This document shows positions 20,748 through 29,584 of a stretch of DNA of 64,000 nucleotides, piece after piece. Source of the DNA: a bacterium (lineage in GTDB: Bacteria > UBA8248); the NCBI GenBank assembly GCA_965207065.1, contig OZ242260.1, positions 2,048,001 through 2,112,000 on the forward strand, read 5' to 3'. The translations under genes and the position numbers were made by a program. Under the pieces are notes generated by a model that was not told the origin of the DNA, searched no databases, and saw only the letters and a program-made list of their open reading frames with translations. Positions within the stretch are counted from its first letter, which is position 1. Every line of letters starts with the position of its first letter.

Positions 20748-21830
20748 ATGAACGTCACCAGACGCCGCTTGCTGCAGGTTGCGGGGCGAGTCGCGCCCCT
20801 GGCCGTGGTCGGAATCCCGCGCGACGCGCAGGCCTCGATGATGGGCCGCCTGTTCGACTGGCTGAACAGCCGTCCCGTCGAGACGCCCAAGCCCGGAGAG
20901 GGCATCCTCGAGTTCGCCGCGCGCGTGGTTCCCGAAGTCACGGCGAACGATAAATTCTACGTGCAGAGCATCGGCCATTCAGCGCCCAAGCTCTCCCGCC
21001 GGGAATGGCGATTGAAGGTCAAGGGTGAAGTAACCGAGCCTCTTTCAATTGCTTGGGCGGAGTTGAGCGCGCTCAGACAGGAGAAAACCTGGGCGACGAT
21101 GACCTGCATCGGAAACCCGGTGGGCGGCGGGCAGATTGGGAACGCCTTGTGGGAGGGAGTGCCGCTCACGACCCTCCTTGAGCGCTCCGGCGTGGAGGAA
21201 AACGTTCGCCGCTCGGTCTCCGCGAGGGTGATTTTTCGCGCGGCGGACGGATACCATGACGCCATATCTATCGAGCAGGCATTCGATTCGAGAACGCTTC
21301 TTTGCACCCGTATGAACGGGGAAATTCTTCCCCGGGATCATGGCGCTCCGCTCAGACTTCTATTGCCTGGGACTTACGGCCTCAAGAACGTCAAGTGGAT
21401 TGAATCCATTGAGATTACGACGAAGGGCCATGGCGGCTATTGGCAAAGGAGAGGCTGGTCGGATGAGGCGATTGTGGAGACGCTCAGCCGGTTCGAGGCT
21501 CCCAGAAGGCGCGTGGAGGTCCGGGCGGCGGAAGTCTGGCTCGTGGGCTCCGCTTTCGCGGGGGAGCGGGGAATCCACAGGGTGGAAGTGACTTATGGAC
21601 AGGGGAAGTATTCTCGGCCCTGGGCGCCCGCATTGCTCAAAAAGCCCCTGGGACCTCTCGCCTGGAGCCTCTGGGCGTTTCCCATGCGCTTTGCGGAAAA
21701 CGGATTCTATCCTGTGACGGTGCGGGCCATGGATGGGGCAGGAGAAGTTCAGACGGATGAGATTTCGGATCCACAACCCGGCGGGTCGACAGGGCGGATG
21801 GGACTCAGCATCTATGTGAAAGGGTTGTAG
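20748..21830 (+). CDS. Tat-exported molybdopterin oxidoreductase, sulfite-oxidase/MsrP-like family
   Basis: MNVTRRRLL signal, TMTCIGN (Mo-ligating Cys), NALWEGVPL, MNGEILPRDHGAPLRLLLPG.YG.KNVKWI, GYWQRRGW. Confidence 0.88.
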   Translation: MNVTRRRLLQVAGRVAPLAVVGIPRDAQASMMGRLFDWLNSRPVETPKPGEGILEFAARVVPEVTANDKFYVQSIGHSAPKLSRREWRLKVKGEVTEPLSIAWAELSALRQEKTWATMTCIGNPVGGGQIGNALWEGVPLTTLLERSGVEENVRRSVSARVIFRAADGYHDAISIEQAFDSRTLLCTRMNGEILPRDHGAPLRLLLPGTYGLKNVKWIESIEITTKGHGGYWQRRGWSDEAIVETLSRFEAPRRRVEVRAAEVWLVGSAFAGERGIHRVEVTYGQGKYSRPWAPALLKKPLGPLAWSLWAFPMRFAENGFYPVTVRAMDGAGEVQTDEISDPQPGGSTGRMGLSIYVKGL

Positions 21831-21850
21831 GCGAAACAAGGTGATTTATG

Positions 21851-21888
21851 AAAAAACCCCGCCGGGTGACCGGCGGGGTTTCATTTTT
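21851..21888. terminator. Bidirectional rho-independent terminator
   Basis: AAAAAACCCCGCCGG-GTGA-CCGGCGGGGTTTCATTTTT between convergent genes. Confidence 0.85.
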
Positions 21889-21903
21889 CAGCGAAAGTGC
21901 TAC

Positions 21904-22962
21904 TTAACGGCGTTTACCGCCCACGATGTTCGTTGCGCGTTTTTGGCGCTTGATCATCCAATTCTTGGGCGCCTCGATGCCGCTTCGATCCAGAATGTCG
22001 AGGTTGTGCTGGTAGGCCATGTAGTTCTTGATGTAGCTGAGCGTGCCGCCGCGATGAGGCGCGCCAGGGGGCTGCCGGCCTTCGATCAGGTCGATCACGT
22101 TATAGACGGCTTCTTTCGCCATGGCGATCTGCTCGGCCAGGACAGCCGCATGCACCCAGCCGTCACGAATGTCTTTCTCGATGCCGACGACGAGGTTGTG
22201 CGTCACGATCTTGATCTGGCCGGGTTTGTAGCCGGCCGCTTTCACGGCGTCCACCGTACCGCGGGCGATGAGCGTCGCCCAGGGGTAAATGCCTTTTACG
22301 TCCGGGTGTTTCTTGAGCAGGTCCTCCGCCGTCTGGTATGCATGCTGCACGTTGGACTTGGTGAATTCCTTGGCCACAACCTTGATTTTCGGATAGTGGC
22401 TCAGGTAGTCCTCAAACCCTTTGGCCATGGAGGTCACCATTTCGATGCCGCTGGGTCCGGGCAGCATCATGACTTTGCCCTGGTAGTTGATGGCGTGGGC
22501 CATGGTGGCGCCGATGAGAAGGCCCAATTCATAGCTGTTTTTCATGACGCGGTTTTTGACGCGAGCGCTGTCGAGGTCGATGTTGTCCACGACGACCTTG
22601 ATGCCCTTGTCCATCGCCTTGTGTACAGCGTTCACCATGCCTTTGGTGCTGATCGGGCAGATGATCATCCCGTCGTACTTCGCCGCGATGATGTCCTCCA
22701 CGTGGGCCACCTGCTTGGGCAGGAACTCGTAGCCGCCCGCGTCGAACATGGTCACGGTCACGCCGGCGTCTTTTGCCGCCTGGACGCTGCCGTACCATTT
22801 CGAGAAGAAATAGGGGTCGACGCCGTTCGGCACGACGACGGCGATCTTGTATTTCTTTTTCGCCTTCACCCGGGCGTCAGCGTCCGGGGCCGCCGCCATC
22901 GACACAAACAAGAATGTGACGACGGAAGCGAGAATCATGAAAGAGCGGAACAGTTTTTTCAT
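21904..22962 (-). CDS. Sugar ABC transporter substrate-binding protein (RbsB/Peripla_BP family)
   Basis: Signal peptide; KIAVVVP...DPYF, YDGMIICP, EDLLKKHPDVKGIY. Confidence 0.85.
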   Translation of the reverse strand: MKKLFRSFMILASVVTFLFVSMAAAPDADARVKAKKKYKIAVVVPNGVDPYFFSKWYGSVQAAKDAGVTVTMFDAGGYEFLPKQVAHVEDIIAAKYDGMIICPISTKGMVNAVHKAMDKGIKVVVDNIDLDSARVKNRVMKNSYELGLLIGATMAHAINYQGKVMMLPGPSGIEMVTSMAKGFEDYLSHYPKIKVVAKEFTKSNVQHAYQTAEDLLKKHPDVKGIYPWATLIARGTVDAVKAAGYKPGQIKIVTHNLVVGIEKDIRDGWVHAAVLAEQIAMAKEAVYNVIDLIEGRQPPGAPHRGGTLSYIKNYMAYQHNLDILDRSGIEAPKNWMIKRQKRATNIVGGKRR

Positions 22963-23051
22963 CTTGAATCTCCTCCTCGCAGAATGGGTTTCACGGACGA
23001 AGCGCTCTCCTCCGCGAAAGGGAAAAATTGACTACCCTATGAACATATTTT

Positions 23052-24047
23052 CTATTCCCGCCGCTTGCGGGAACTCAAAACAACTGCCGTAATAAGTAAA
23101 ACGCCTACCACTACCTCCCGGGCGAATGTGCCTACACCCAGGAGTATGAGGCCATTGAGCAAAAATGTCAGGAACAGCGTCCCGATCACTGCTTGCGTCA
23201 CGCCGCCCTCGCCGCCATGGAACGTCGTGCCCCCCACCACGGTGGCCGCCAATGACTGGAATTCAAGCTGAAATCCAGCGAGGCCGTTTGTGGCCGGGAG
23301 TCTCGCCAGGTAAAGGAACGATGTAATGCCTACGCAGATGCCGCTGATCAAATAGCAAATCAGTTTCACCTTGCCGGTGTCTATGCCTGAGAGACGCGCG
23401 GCCTCTTCGTTCCCGCCGGTCAAATAGATTGCCCGGCCGAGCACTGTTCGTTTCGTCAGCAAATAGAGAATGATGAAAAAGAAAATCGCGATGAACAGCG
23501 TGCCGGGAATATGAAAGAAATCCGTGAGGCCGATGGTTTGCAGAATATCTTTTTGCTCGCCTGTGAATTGATGAATGGTGCGTCCGCCCGTGAATACCAA
23601 AGCGATGCCGGCGCAGATGAAAAGCATACTCAAGGTGACGATAAAGGGCTGTATCTTTACGCGGCCCACGAGGTAGCCATTGATAAAACCGAACATCGTC
23701 GCCATTCCGATTCCCATCAACACGCCCACGGCCAGGCCGAAGTCCAGTATGCCCTGCGCCATCACCACACTTGAGAGGCTGAGCAAGGACCCTTGACTCA
23801 AATCGATGCCTGAGACCAGGAGCACCATGCTTTGTCCGGCGACGATGAAGAACAGCAGAGAAGCGTTTCTGAGTTGGTTGGTCAGGTTATGGGCTTCGAT
23901 AAAGTTGTTCACGTAGCCCATCAACTGGAGAATGTAAAATATGAGCATCATCATGATGAACACGACGAGCAAACCATATTTCTCGTAATTGAACTTGGCC
24001 AATAAGGAGGCAGAAGGTCTGACAGGAGCCTCCGCTACATTCGCCAT
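23052..24047 (-). CDS. Sugar ABC permease (RbsC-like)
   Basis: SGIDLSQGS, QPFIVTL, GGNEEAARLSGI, AATVVGGTTFHGGEG. Confidence 0.9.
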   Translation of the reverse strand: MANVAEAPVRPSASLLAKFNYEKYGLLVVFIMMMLIFYILQLMGYVNNFIEAHNLTNQLRNASLLFFIVAGQSMVLLVSGIDLSQGSLLSLSSVVMAQGILDFGLAVGVLMGIGMATMFGFINGYLVGRVKIQPFIVTLSMLFICAGIALVFTGGRTIHQFTGEQKDILQTIGLTDFFHIPGTLFIAIFFFIILYLLTKRTVLGRAIYLTGGNEEAARLSGIDTGKVKLICYLISGICVGITSFLYLARLPATNGLAGFQLEFQSLAATVVGGTTFHGGEGGVTQAVIGTLFLTFLLNGLILLGVGTFAREVVVGVLLITAVVLSSRKRRE

Positions 24048-24062
24048 GATTTATTATCTCCC

Positions 24063-25076
24063 TTAGTTTTTTTGCTCACGCAGGGTGCTCACCCAGATTG
24101 AAGCGAGAATCACCAAGCCGACAACTATCTGTTGCCGGTAGGTATCGATTCCCATGATGTTCAGTCCGTTCACCAGGAATATGATCAGGAAAACACCCAG
24201 CGTCGTACCTAACACGCCGCCTCGCCCGCCAAAAATATGCGTGCCGCCGATGATGGTCGCTCCGATTGACTGGAGCAGTTGATCGCCACCGCCCAGTCTC
24301 GGTTCGCCCGCCGCGCTCACACTTGCTGAAAGAAGAAGGCCCGCGAAACCACACAAAAGTCCACCTATGCCGAAAATGGCGATCTTCATGGCGGGAAAGT
24401 TGATGCCTGCGGAAATCGCTGTTTGTTCGTTTCCGCCCAAGGCGTACACATAAGTGCCAAAACGGGTGTATTTGAGCAGATACCACATGGCGCCAAGCGC
24501 GATGAGTATCCAGATGAAGGTGAAGGGGATGGGACCCAGGTTTCCTTTGGCCAAAAGGACATAAGCATCTTCGACGTGTTTGGGCAAAGTTGCGCCCTCG
24601 CGCGCGCCCCCCATTTGAAGGCCGCCGGTCCAAAGCTGGGCCGCGCCGCTGCCGATAAATAGCATTCCCAATGTCGCGATGAACGGCTGCACTCTTGCCA
24701 CTCCGACGAAAAACCCATTGATGACGCCGCACAGCAGACCGATGCCGAGGCCGGCGATGAGGCCAACGAAAAACCCGAAGTGCAGCATCGCGCTCCAGGC
24801 CATGACGCTCACCACGCTCATGATGGAGCCTTGTGAAAGATCAAATCCTGCTGAAATGATGACCAAAGTTTGGGCATAGGCTATGAAAAAGAGCCATGCG
24901 TCACGGCGCACTACATTCACAAAGTTTTCGAGGGTGAGGAAATTTTCGGTCGCGAAAGTATAGAAAATCATCAAAACTATGAAAGCGGAAATGAGGAGTA
25001 AGCGCTCAAATGGAATATCCTTGACAGAATACCCCAGGATGAGTTTCTCATTTCCCGTTGAAGCTGCGGCGCTCAT
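24063..25076 (-). CDS. Sugar ABC permease (RbsC-like)
   Basis: AGFDLSQGS, QPFIATLG, YTRFGTYVYALGGNE, IIGGTHIFGGRG. Confidence 0.9.
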   Translation of the reverse strand: MSAAASTGNEKLILGYSVKDIPFERLLLISAFIVLMIFYTFATENFLTLENFVNVVRRDAWLFFIAYAQTLVIISAGFDLSQGSIMSVVSVMAWSAMLHFGFFVGLIAGLGIGLLCGVINGFFVGVARVQPFIATLGMLFIGSGAAQLWTGGLQMGGAREGATLPKHVEDAYVLLAKGNLGPIPFTFIWILIALGAMWYLLKYTRFGTYVYALGGNEQTAISAGINFPAMKIAIFGIGGLLCGFAGLLLSASVSAAGEPRLGGGDQLLQSIGATIIGGTHIFGGRGGVLGTTLGVFLIIFLVNGLNIMGIDTYRQQIVVGLVILASIWVSTLREQKN

Positions 25077-25098
25077 TCAATCTACCTCCAAACGCGGA

Positions 25099-27057
25099 TC
25101 AATCCGCGGTCATGGCGTAGCGCAGAATGCCTTCCTGCGTTGCTTCGTTTCTGCCGATATCTGCTGTGAGTTGTCCTTCCCTCATCACCAGAATGCGGTC
25201 GCTCATTCCAAGAATCTCGGGCAGTTCACTCGAGATCATCATTACCGCGGCGCCGTCTTTGGCAAGTTGCAGCATCTGCGAGTGAACTTCGAATTTTGCG
25301 CCTATGTCTATTCCGCGAGTCGGCTCATCAAAGATGAGTACATTCGCGCGTCTGAAGAGCCATTTGGCGAGAACGACTTTTTGCTGATTGCCGCCTGACA
25401 GGAAGCGTATTTGCGTCTCCTGATCCGGCGTCATGATTTTTAGCTGATTGATGTGTTCATCTACGAGATCTTTTTCCATGGTCAAGTTGAGCAGCCACCG
25501 TTTAATGAGGCGGCGGAGATTCGCGCTTGTGGTGTTAAAGGCGACCGAGAGAACCTGGGTAAGGCCCTGGGTTTTCCTGTCCTCGGGCAATAGCCCCAGC
25601 CCGCGTCGTATGGCCAAGGTTGGAGTCCACTTGCGCTCATAGGTAAGGATTGTCAAGAATCGAATCAGAACCATAGCGACGCCACCCCAGATCATGACCC
25701 ATTCGAGAACGAAATTCTGAGTGAACAGACTCGTAATGACCATCGCACCTATCGCGAGGGCGTACCAGCTTGCGAAGTCGATGACCAAGGTGCGCCAATG
25801 ATACTGCCGCTCCATAAACCAGAGACCCGCTTGCCGTAAAACGACCAACCCGGCGGCGACGATATAGGGGGTGGGGCCGTTCGGTATATTGTACAACGGT
25901 CCGCCGATGATCCATTCATAAAACCACTTGCCACTGAATAGCGGTGGCGGTGAATTCATGTTGAGCGTGACGGGATCGTAAATTCCCTGAAAAATTACGG
26001 TGAACAAGGGCAAAGCCATAATTAAGACAACCACGTCCAAGATGGCCATCCAGAGCGGATAGTGGGGGAGATTTTGTATCTCTTCTTTTTCTTTTGTCGC
26101 ACGAGTCATCTCTACGGTGCCGCTATCAACGGGATCCGCACCCATTACGGCCCGCGCCACTTCTGTTCTCCCTGCCCCTACGAGACCCGAGAGGCCGACG
26201 ATTTCTCCATAGTGGAGGTCGAAGTTGATGTCTTCGAATACGCCGTTTCGGGTGAGTCCACGCACCCGCAAAGCTACTTCTCCATGTTCACGGGGTGTCC
26301 AGGGGAATTTCTCATCAAGTGTGCGCCCCACCATCTGCGTGATCAGGAAATCGAGTTCCACCTCTTTGACTTCCCACGTGCCCATATATTCCCCGTCGCG
26401 CAGGACGGTGACGCGATCTCCAATCTCGTGGACTTCTTCAAGGCGGTGGGAGATGTAAATGATGCCGACACCGTGTTCTCGCAACCGGTTGACGGCCTTG
26501 AAAAGTTCCTCGATTTCATGCCCGCTCAGAGAAGAAGTGGGCTCATCCATCACCAATATTTTGCAGTCAAATACAAGAGCCCGGGCGATCTCCACCATTT
26601 GCTGATCCGCGACGCTTAGAGAGCGGACCGGCGCGTTGACGTCGATTTTCGCGTCCAGGCGCTCCATGATTGCGCGGGATTCTTGCTCGACTCTAGCCCA
26701 ATCCACACGCTTCATGATGCCAGGCAGTACCGGTTCACGACCCAGGAAGATGTTTTTGGCCACGCTCAGATCAGGCACCAGGTTCAGTTCCTGGTAGATG
26801 ACGCTGATTCCCAAATCGCGCCCGGTTCTGGCGTCGGGGATAATGGTGGGTGTTTCGCTAATCTCGATTTGGCCTGAGTCGGCGTGATACATGCCTGCCA
26901 ATATTTTGATGAGTGTGGATTTTCCGGCCCCGTTTTCACCCAACAGAATGTGAATTTCGCCCTCGGCGAGATCGAAATCAACTTCTTTGAGCGCATGAAC
27001 GCCCGGAAAGGATTTGTCGATTTCCATCATTCTGAGCAAGTTCTTGGATTCAGGCAC
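25099..27057 (-). CDS. Sugar ABC ATP-binding protein (RbsA/MglA-like, double NBD) with an internal membrane-domain insertion
   Basis: GENGAGKSTL, IYQELNL, DEPTSSL, YISHRL; GLVGAGRTE; PEDRK, LSGGNQQKV, DEPTRGIDIGAK, SSELPE; ~160-aa hydrophobic insert at about aa 318-477. Confidence 0.9.
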   Translation of the reverse strand: MPESKNLLRMMEIDKSFPGVHALKEVDFDLAEGEIHILLGENGAGKSTLIKILAGMYHADSGQIEISETPTIIPDARTGRDLGISVIYQELNLVPDLSVAKNIFLGREPVLPGIMKRVDWARVEQESRAIMERLDAKIDVNAPVRSLSVADQQMVEIARALVFDCKILVMDEPTSSLSGHEIEELFKAVNRLREHGVGIIYISHRLEEVHEIGDRVTVLRDGEYMGTWEVKEVELDFLITQMVGRTLDEKFPWTPREHGEVALRVRGLTRNGVFEDINFDLHYGEIVGLSGLVGAGRTEVARAVMGADPVDSGTVEMTRATKEKEEIQNLPHYPLWMAILDVVVLIMALPLFTVIFQGIYDPVTLNMNSPPPLFSGKWFYEWIIGGPLYNIPNGPTPYIVAAGLVVLRQAGLWFMERQYHWRTLVIDFASWYALAIGAMVITSLFTQNFVLEWVMIWGGVAMVLIRFLTILTYERKWTPTLAIRRGLGLLPEDRKTQGLTQVLSVAFNTTSANLRRLIKRWLLNLTMEKDLVDEHINQLKIMTPDQETQIRFLSGGNQQKVVLAKWLFRRANVLIFDEPTRGIDIGAKFEVHSQMLQLAKDGAAVMMISSELPEILGMSDRILVMREGQLTADIGRNEATQEGILRYAMTAD

Positions 27058-27301
27058 GGGACCTCGCTTCCAAGTAAGGTAATATAGCTCCCAACTAAAT
27101 GGGCGAACGAATGCGTACCATCACCCATCAAATTTGTAAAGCTGCAGTTTTTTAGGACTAACCTAAACCTTATCGGGGATGGGATTGTTTATCGATACGA
27201 AAATTTTCAGGAAATGTTCAATGAGACAAATCATTTCATCAATGACATGCTATAATTCTAACTTGCGTGTCTTAACGCTATAGTTCTTGAGGGCTTTTTG
27301 A

Positions 27302-27565
27302 ATGCGCTATCTTAAAATGTTGGGGATCTTTGTTTTCTTTCTGATGAGCATGTCTAGTGCATTTGCCGAGGAAACTAGTAGTGAAACCGATGCGTGTCTT
27401 GTCACGCTTTACAACTATCCTGCCGACACGACTCAGTACGGTGTTTCGAAGAAAACGCTACCCAAAAGGTCCTTGGTTCTGGAAAAGAATAAGCGGGCAA
27501 GCAAGACCAGCGAGAGTATCCATTCACGGATGAGCCTTTCCCAGGAACGCCCAGGCGATAAATAA
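27302..27565 (+). CDS. Small hypothetical protein with a signal peptide
   Basis: MRYLKMLGIFVFFLMSMSSAFA-EE signal-peptide-like N-terminus, GAGG upstream; no recognisable domain. Confidence 0.4.
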   Translation: MRYLKMLGIFVFFLMSMSSAFAEETSSETDACLVTLYNYPADTTQYGVSKKTLPKRSLVLEKNKRASKTSESIHSRMSLSQERPGDK

Positions 27566-27598
27566 ACTTTTGTTCGGATATTGTCTGCGCACGAACCC

Positions 27599-28207
27599 TT
27601 AACTGTCGATGACGCTTCGGTATTCGGCGGACGGGGTATGTTGTGCCGGCCAGTCCATGCCGTCTTCAAATCGCGCGAGGACGCTCGCGTGACGCGCAAA
27701 GCCGCCCTCCAGCAATGCGACGGAGACGATTTCCACGATCGCCGGCTCGTCGAAGCCATGCTCGCGCAGCGCCTGGAACTCTTCGTCGCTCATTTGTTCG
27801 TTGAGCGTGAGTTTTCTGGCCACGCGGAAAACCGCTTTTTCCGCTTCGGGCAAATCCGCATTTTCAAAGTCATGGAGTTTTTCCACTTCATACTCGTCGA
27901 GTTCCATGCGGTGGATGAGGTCGGTTTTGTGGAAATTCACGCAGCGTGGACAGTCCGAGGCGACTGCACAAACCATGGCGATGCGATTGGTCAACTCGCG
28001 TGAAATGTGGCCGTCCAAAACTTCGAGACGTTTCTGCAGTTCCCAGAATCCCCTCAAAAGGCCCGGTACGTGGGCGAAAAACCCGAACAAAGGTCCCAGC
28101 CAGCGCGGGTCTTTTAACCGGCATATTTCGTCATAAATCTGTGATACTTCACCTTCGGCTTCATCGGGTTTTACGAGATGAAATGTCTCAAAACCGGATG
28201 TGCTCAT
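27599..28207 (-). CDS. AhpD/carboxymuconolactone decarboxylase-family peroxidase-like protein
   Basis: EAEGEVSQIYDEI, IAMVCAVASDCPRCVNFH (CxxC..H), LREHGFDEPAIVEI. Confidence 0.8.
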   Translation of the reverse strand: MSTSGFETFHLVKPDEAEGEVSQIYDEICRLKDPRWLGPLFGFFAHVPGLLRGFWELQKRLEVLDGHISRELTNRIAMVCAVASDCPRCVNFHKTDLIHRMELDEYEVEKLHDFENADLPEAEKAVFRVARKLTLNEQMSDEEFQALREHGFDEPAIVEIVSVALLEGGFARHASVLARFEDGMDWPAQHTPSAEYRSVIDS

Positions 28208-28295
28208 TTTTTCTCCCGGGAATGAATTTTCAGATGTGGGTGAGGTTCAACTGTAACATTATTGTAATTGTTCATGGCAAGCATGATAAGCCAAG

Positions 28296-28326
28296 AAAAA
28301 CCCCCCGCCGAAGCAGGGGGTTTTTT
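28296..28326. terminator. Rho-independent terminator downstream of the TAXI gene
   Basis: AAAAACCCCCCGC-CGAA-GCAGGGGGTTTTTT. Confidence 0.8.
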
Positions 28327-28342
28327 AAGGGCTAGGTGTTGC

Positions 28343-29314
28343 TTACATCATGCCCGATTCTTTCCAGTAACGAGCCGCACCCGGGTGAATCTTGAGTTTC
28401 TTCATGCCGCGAAGGCCGGTCTTTTTGGTGACGAACTTTCCGGTCGGGTGGTATTTGGTGATTTGCTTGTGATTGTCATACAGGGCTTTGACGATCCCGT
28501 ATGCGTTGTCGTTGCTCATTACGCTGTTGGTCATCAAAGTCCACATCTGACCCCAGCTTACGACGTCTTTTTTGTATCCGGGAATGGAGCCGGCGGTCAC
28601 GACATCGCGCACGATGCCTGCTTCGTTCGTAGCCAGTGCTTTGATGGTGGCTTCATCCGGACCAAAGAAATGAAGTTTGCCGGAAAGCGTGCGCGCGAGT
28701 TCCATGTACACAGGTGCGGGAACGTTCGCGTTCAGAAAGAAAAATCCCGCGTCCACTCTTTCGTCTCTGATAGCGGCTGCATTCTGGGGATTGTTGAAGA
28801 ACTCTTTTTTCGCATTCACGCCACTGTGTTTAAGCGCAAGCTGCGTCACGATATAAATGGAACCCCCGCGACCGCCGACGACAAATCTTCTTCCTGTGAG
28901 GTCGGACCATTTTTTAATTCCGGAGGTTTTGAAGGTCGTATAGACAGTCGTCAATGGGTATAGGGCCCCTAACGCCAGCACGTCTTGAGGTTTCTTGAAT
29001 GGTTTTCTACCCGTTTGCCCCCACGAAACGGCAGGCGCAGTGGCCATGCCTATGCGGAATGGCTGCATCTTGTTCTTTTTCTGCAGGGTTCGGACATTTG
29101 CGGTCGAACCGCCGGTAATGGATGCAGCCACCGAAATCTTTCCGCCCGAGTTATCCGTGATGACTTTACCCATTGCGGTTCCAATCTCGAAGGTTGCGCC
29201 GCCGGGCTGGGACGTTCCCAACAGTATTTTGGCTGCGTCCGCCGCCGGGGCCGTGCCGATAACCAAGGCAAGGCCTGCTGCCAACGTAATCAGCCGAAGT
29301 GTGGATTTCCTCAT
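28343..29314 (-). CDS. TAXI-family TRAP transporter solute-binding subunit
   Basis: Signal peptide; GTSQPGG, TGGSTANV, IKKWSDLTGRR, HPGAARYWKE. Confidence 0.9.
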   Translation of the reverse strand: MRKSTLRLITLAAGLALVIGTAPAADAAKILLGTSQPGGATFEIGTAMGKVITDNSGGKISVAASITGGSTANVRTLQKKNKMQPFRIGMATAPAVSWGQTGRKPFKKPQDVLALGALYPLTTVYTTFKTSGIKKWSDLTGRRFVVGGRGGSIYIVTQLALKHSGVNAKKEFFNNPQNAAAIRDERVDAGFFFLNANVPAPVYMELARTLSGKLHFFGPDEATIKALATNEAGIVRDVVTAGSIPGYKKDVVSWGQMWTLMTNSVMSNDNAYGIVKALYDNHKQITKYHPTGKFVTKKTGLRGMKKLKIHPGAARYWKESGMM

Positions 29315-29584
29315 TTGAATCTCCTTTGGAGGTAGTGAAAATTACTTGCTGTTTCGATTTTATATGTCGAAACTCATGAAAAATGCCGGCCCTTTACTTT
29401 GAGTTGATGCCACTATAATAAAGCAAAACGATGTGGTTTGGTCAAGCATGGGAAATGTAAGGTGAATTAAGAATTGTAGTGAGTCACTGGCGGAACAATC
29501 AGGCAATCCGTTAGAATGGGATAATTCATATATAGTTTTATCTATCGATGAAGGTTTTTCCATAGTGGAGAAGGAAGGAGAAAC

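Noticed and set aside
20516-20953. ORFs within the 387-bp element (MRGIA..GC.QMRMRKP, also 34204-34455)
   Set aside because: Similarity reflects the DNA repeat; the two versions diverge and end differently, and have no RBS or domain
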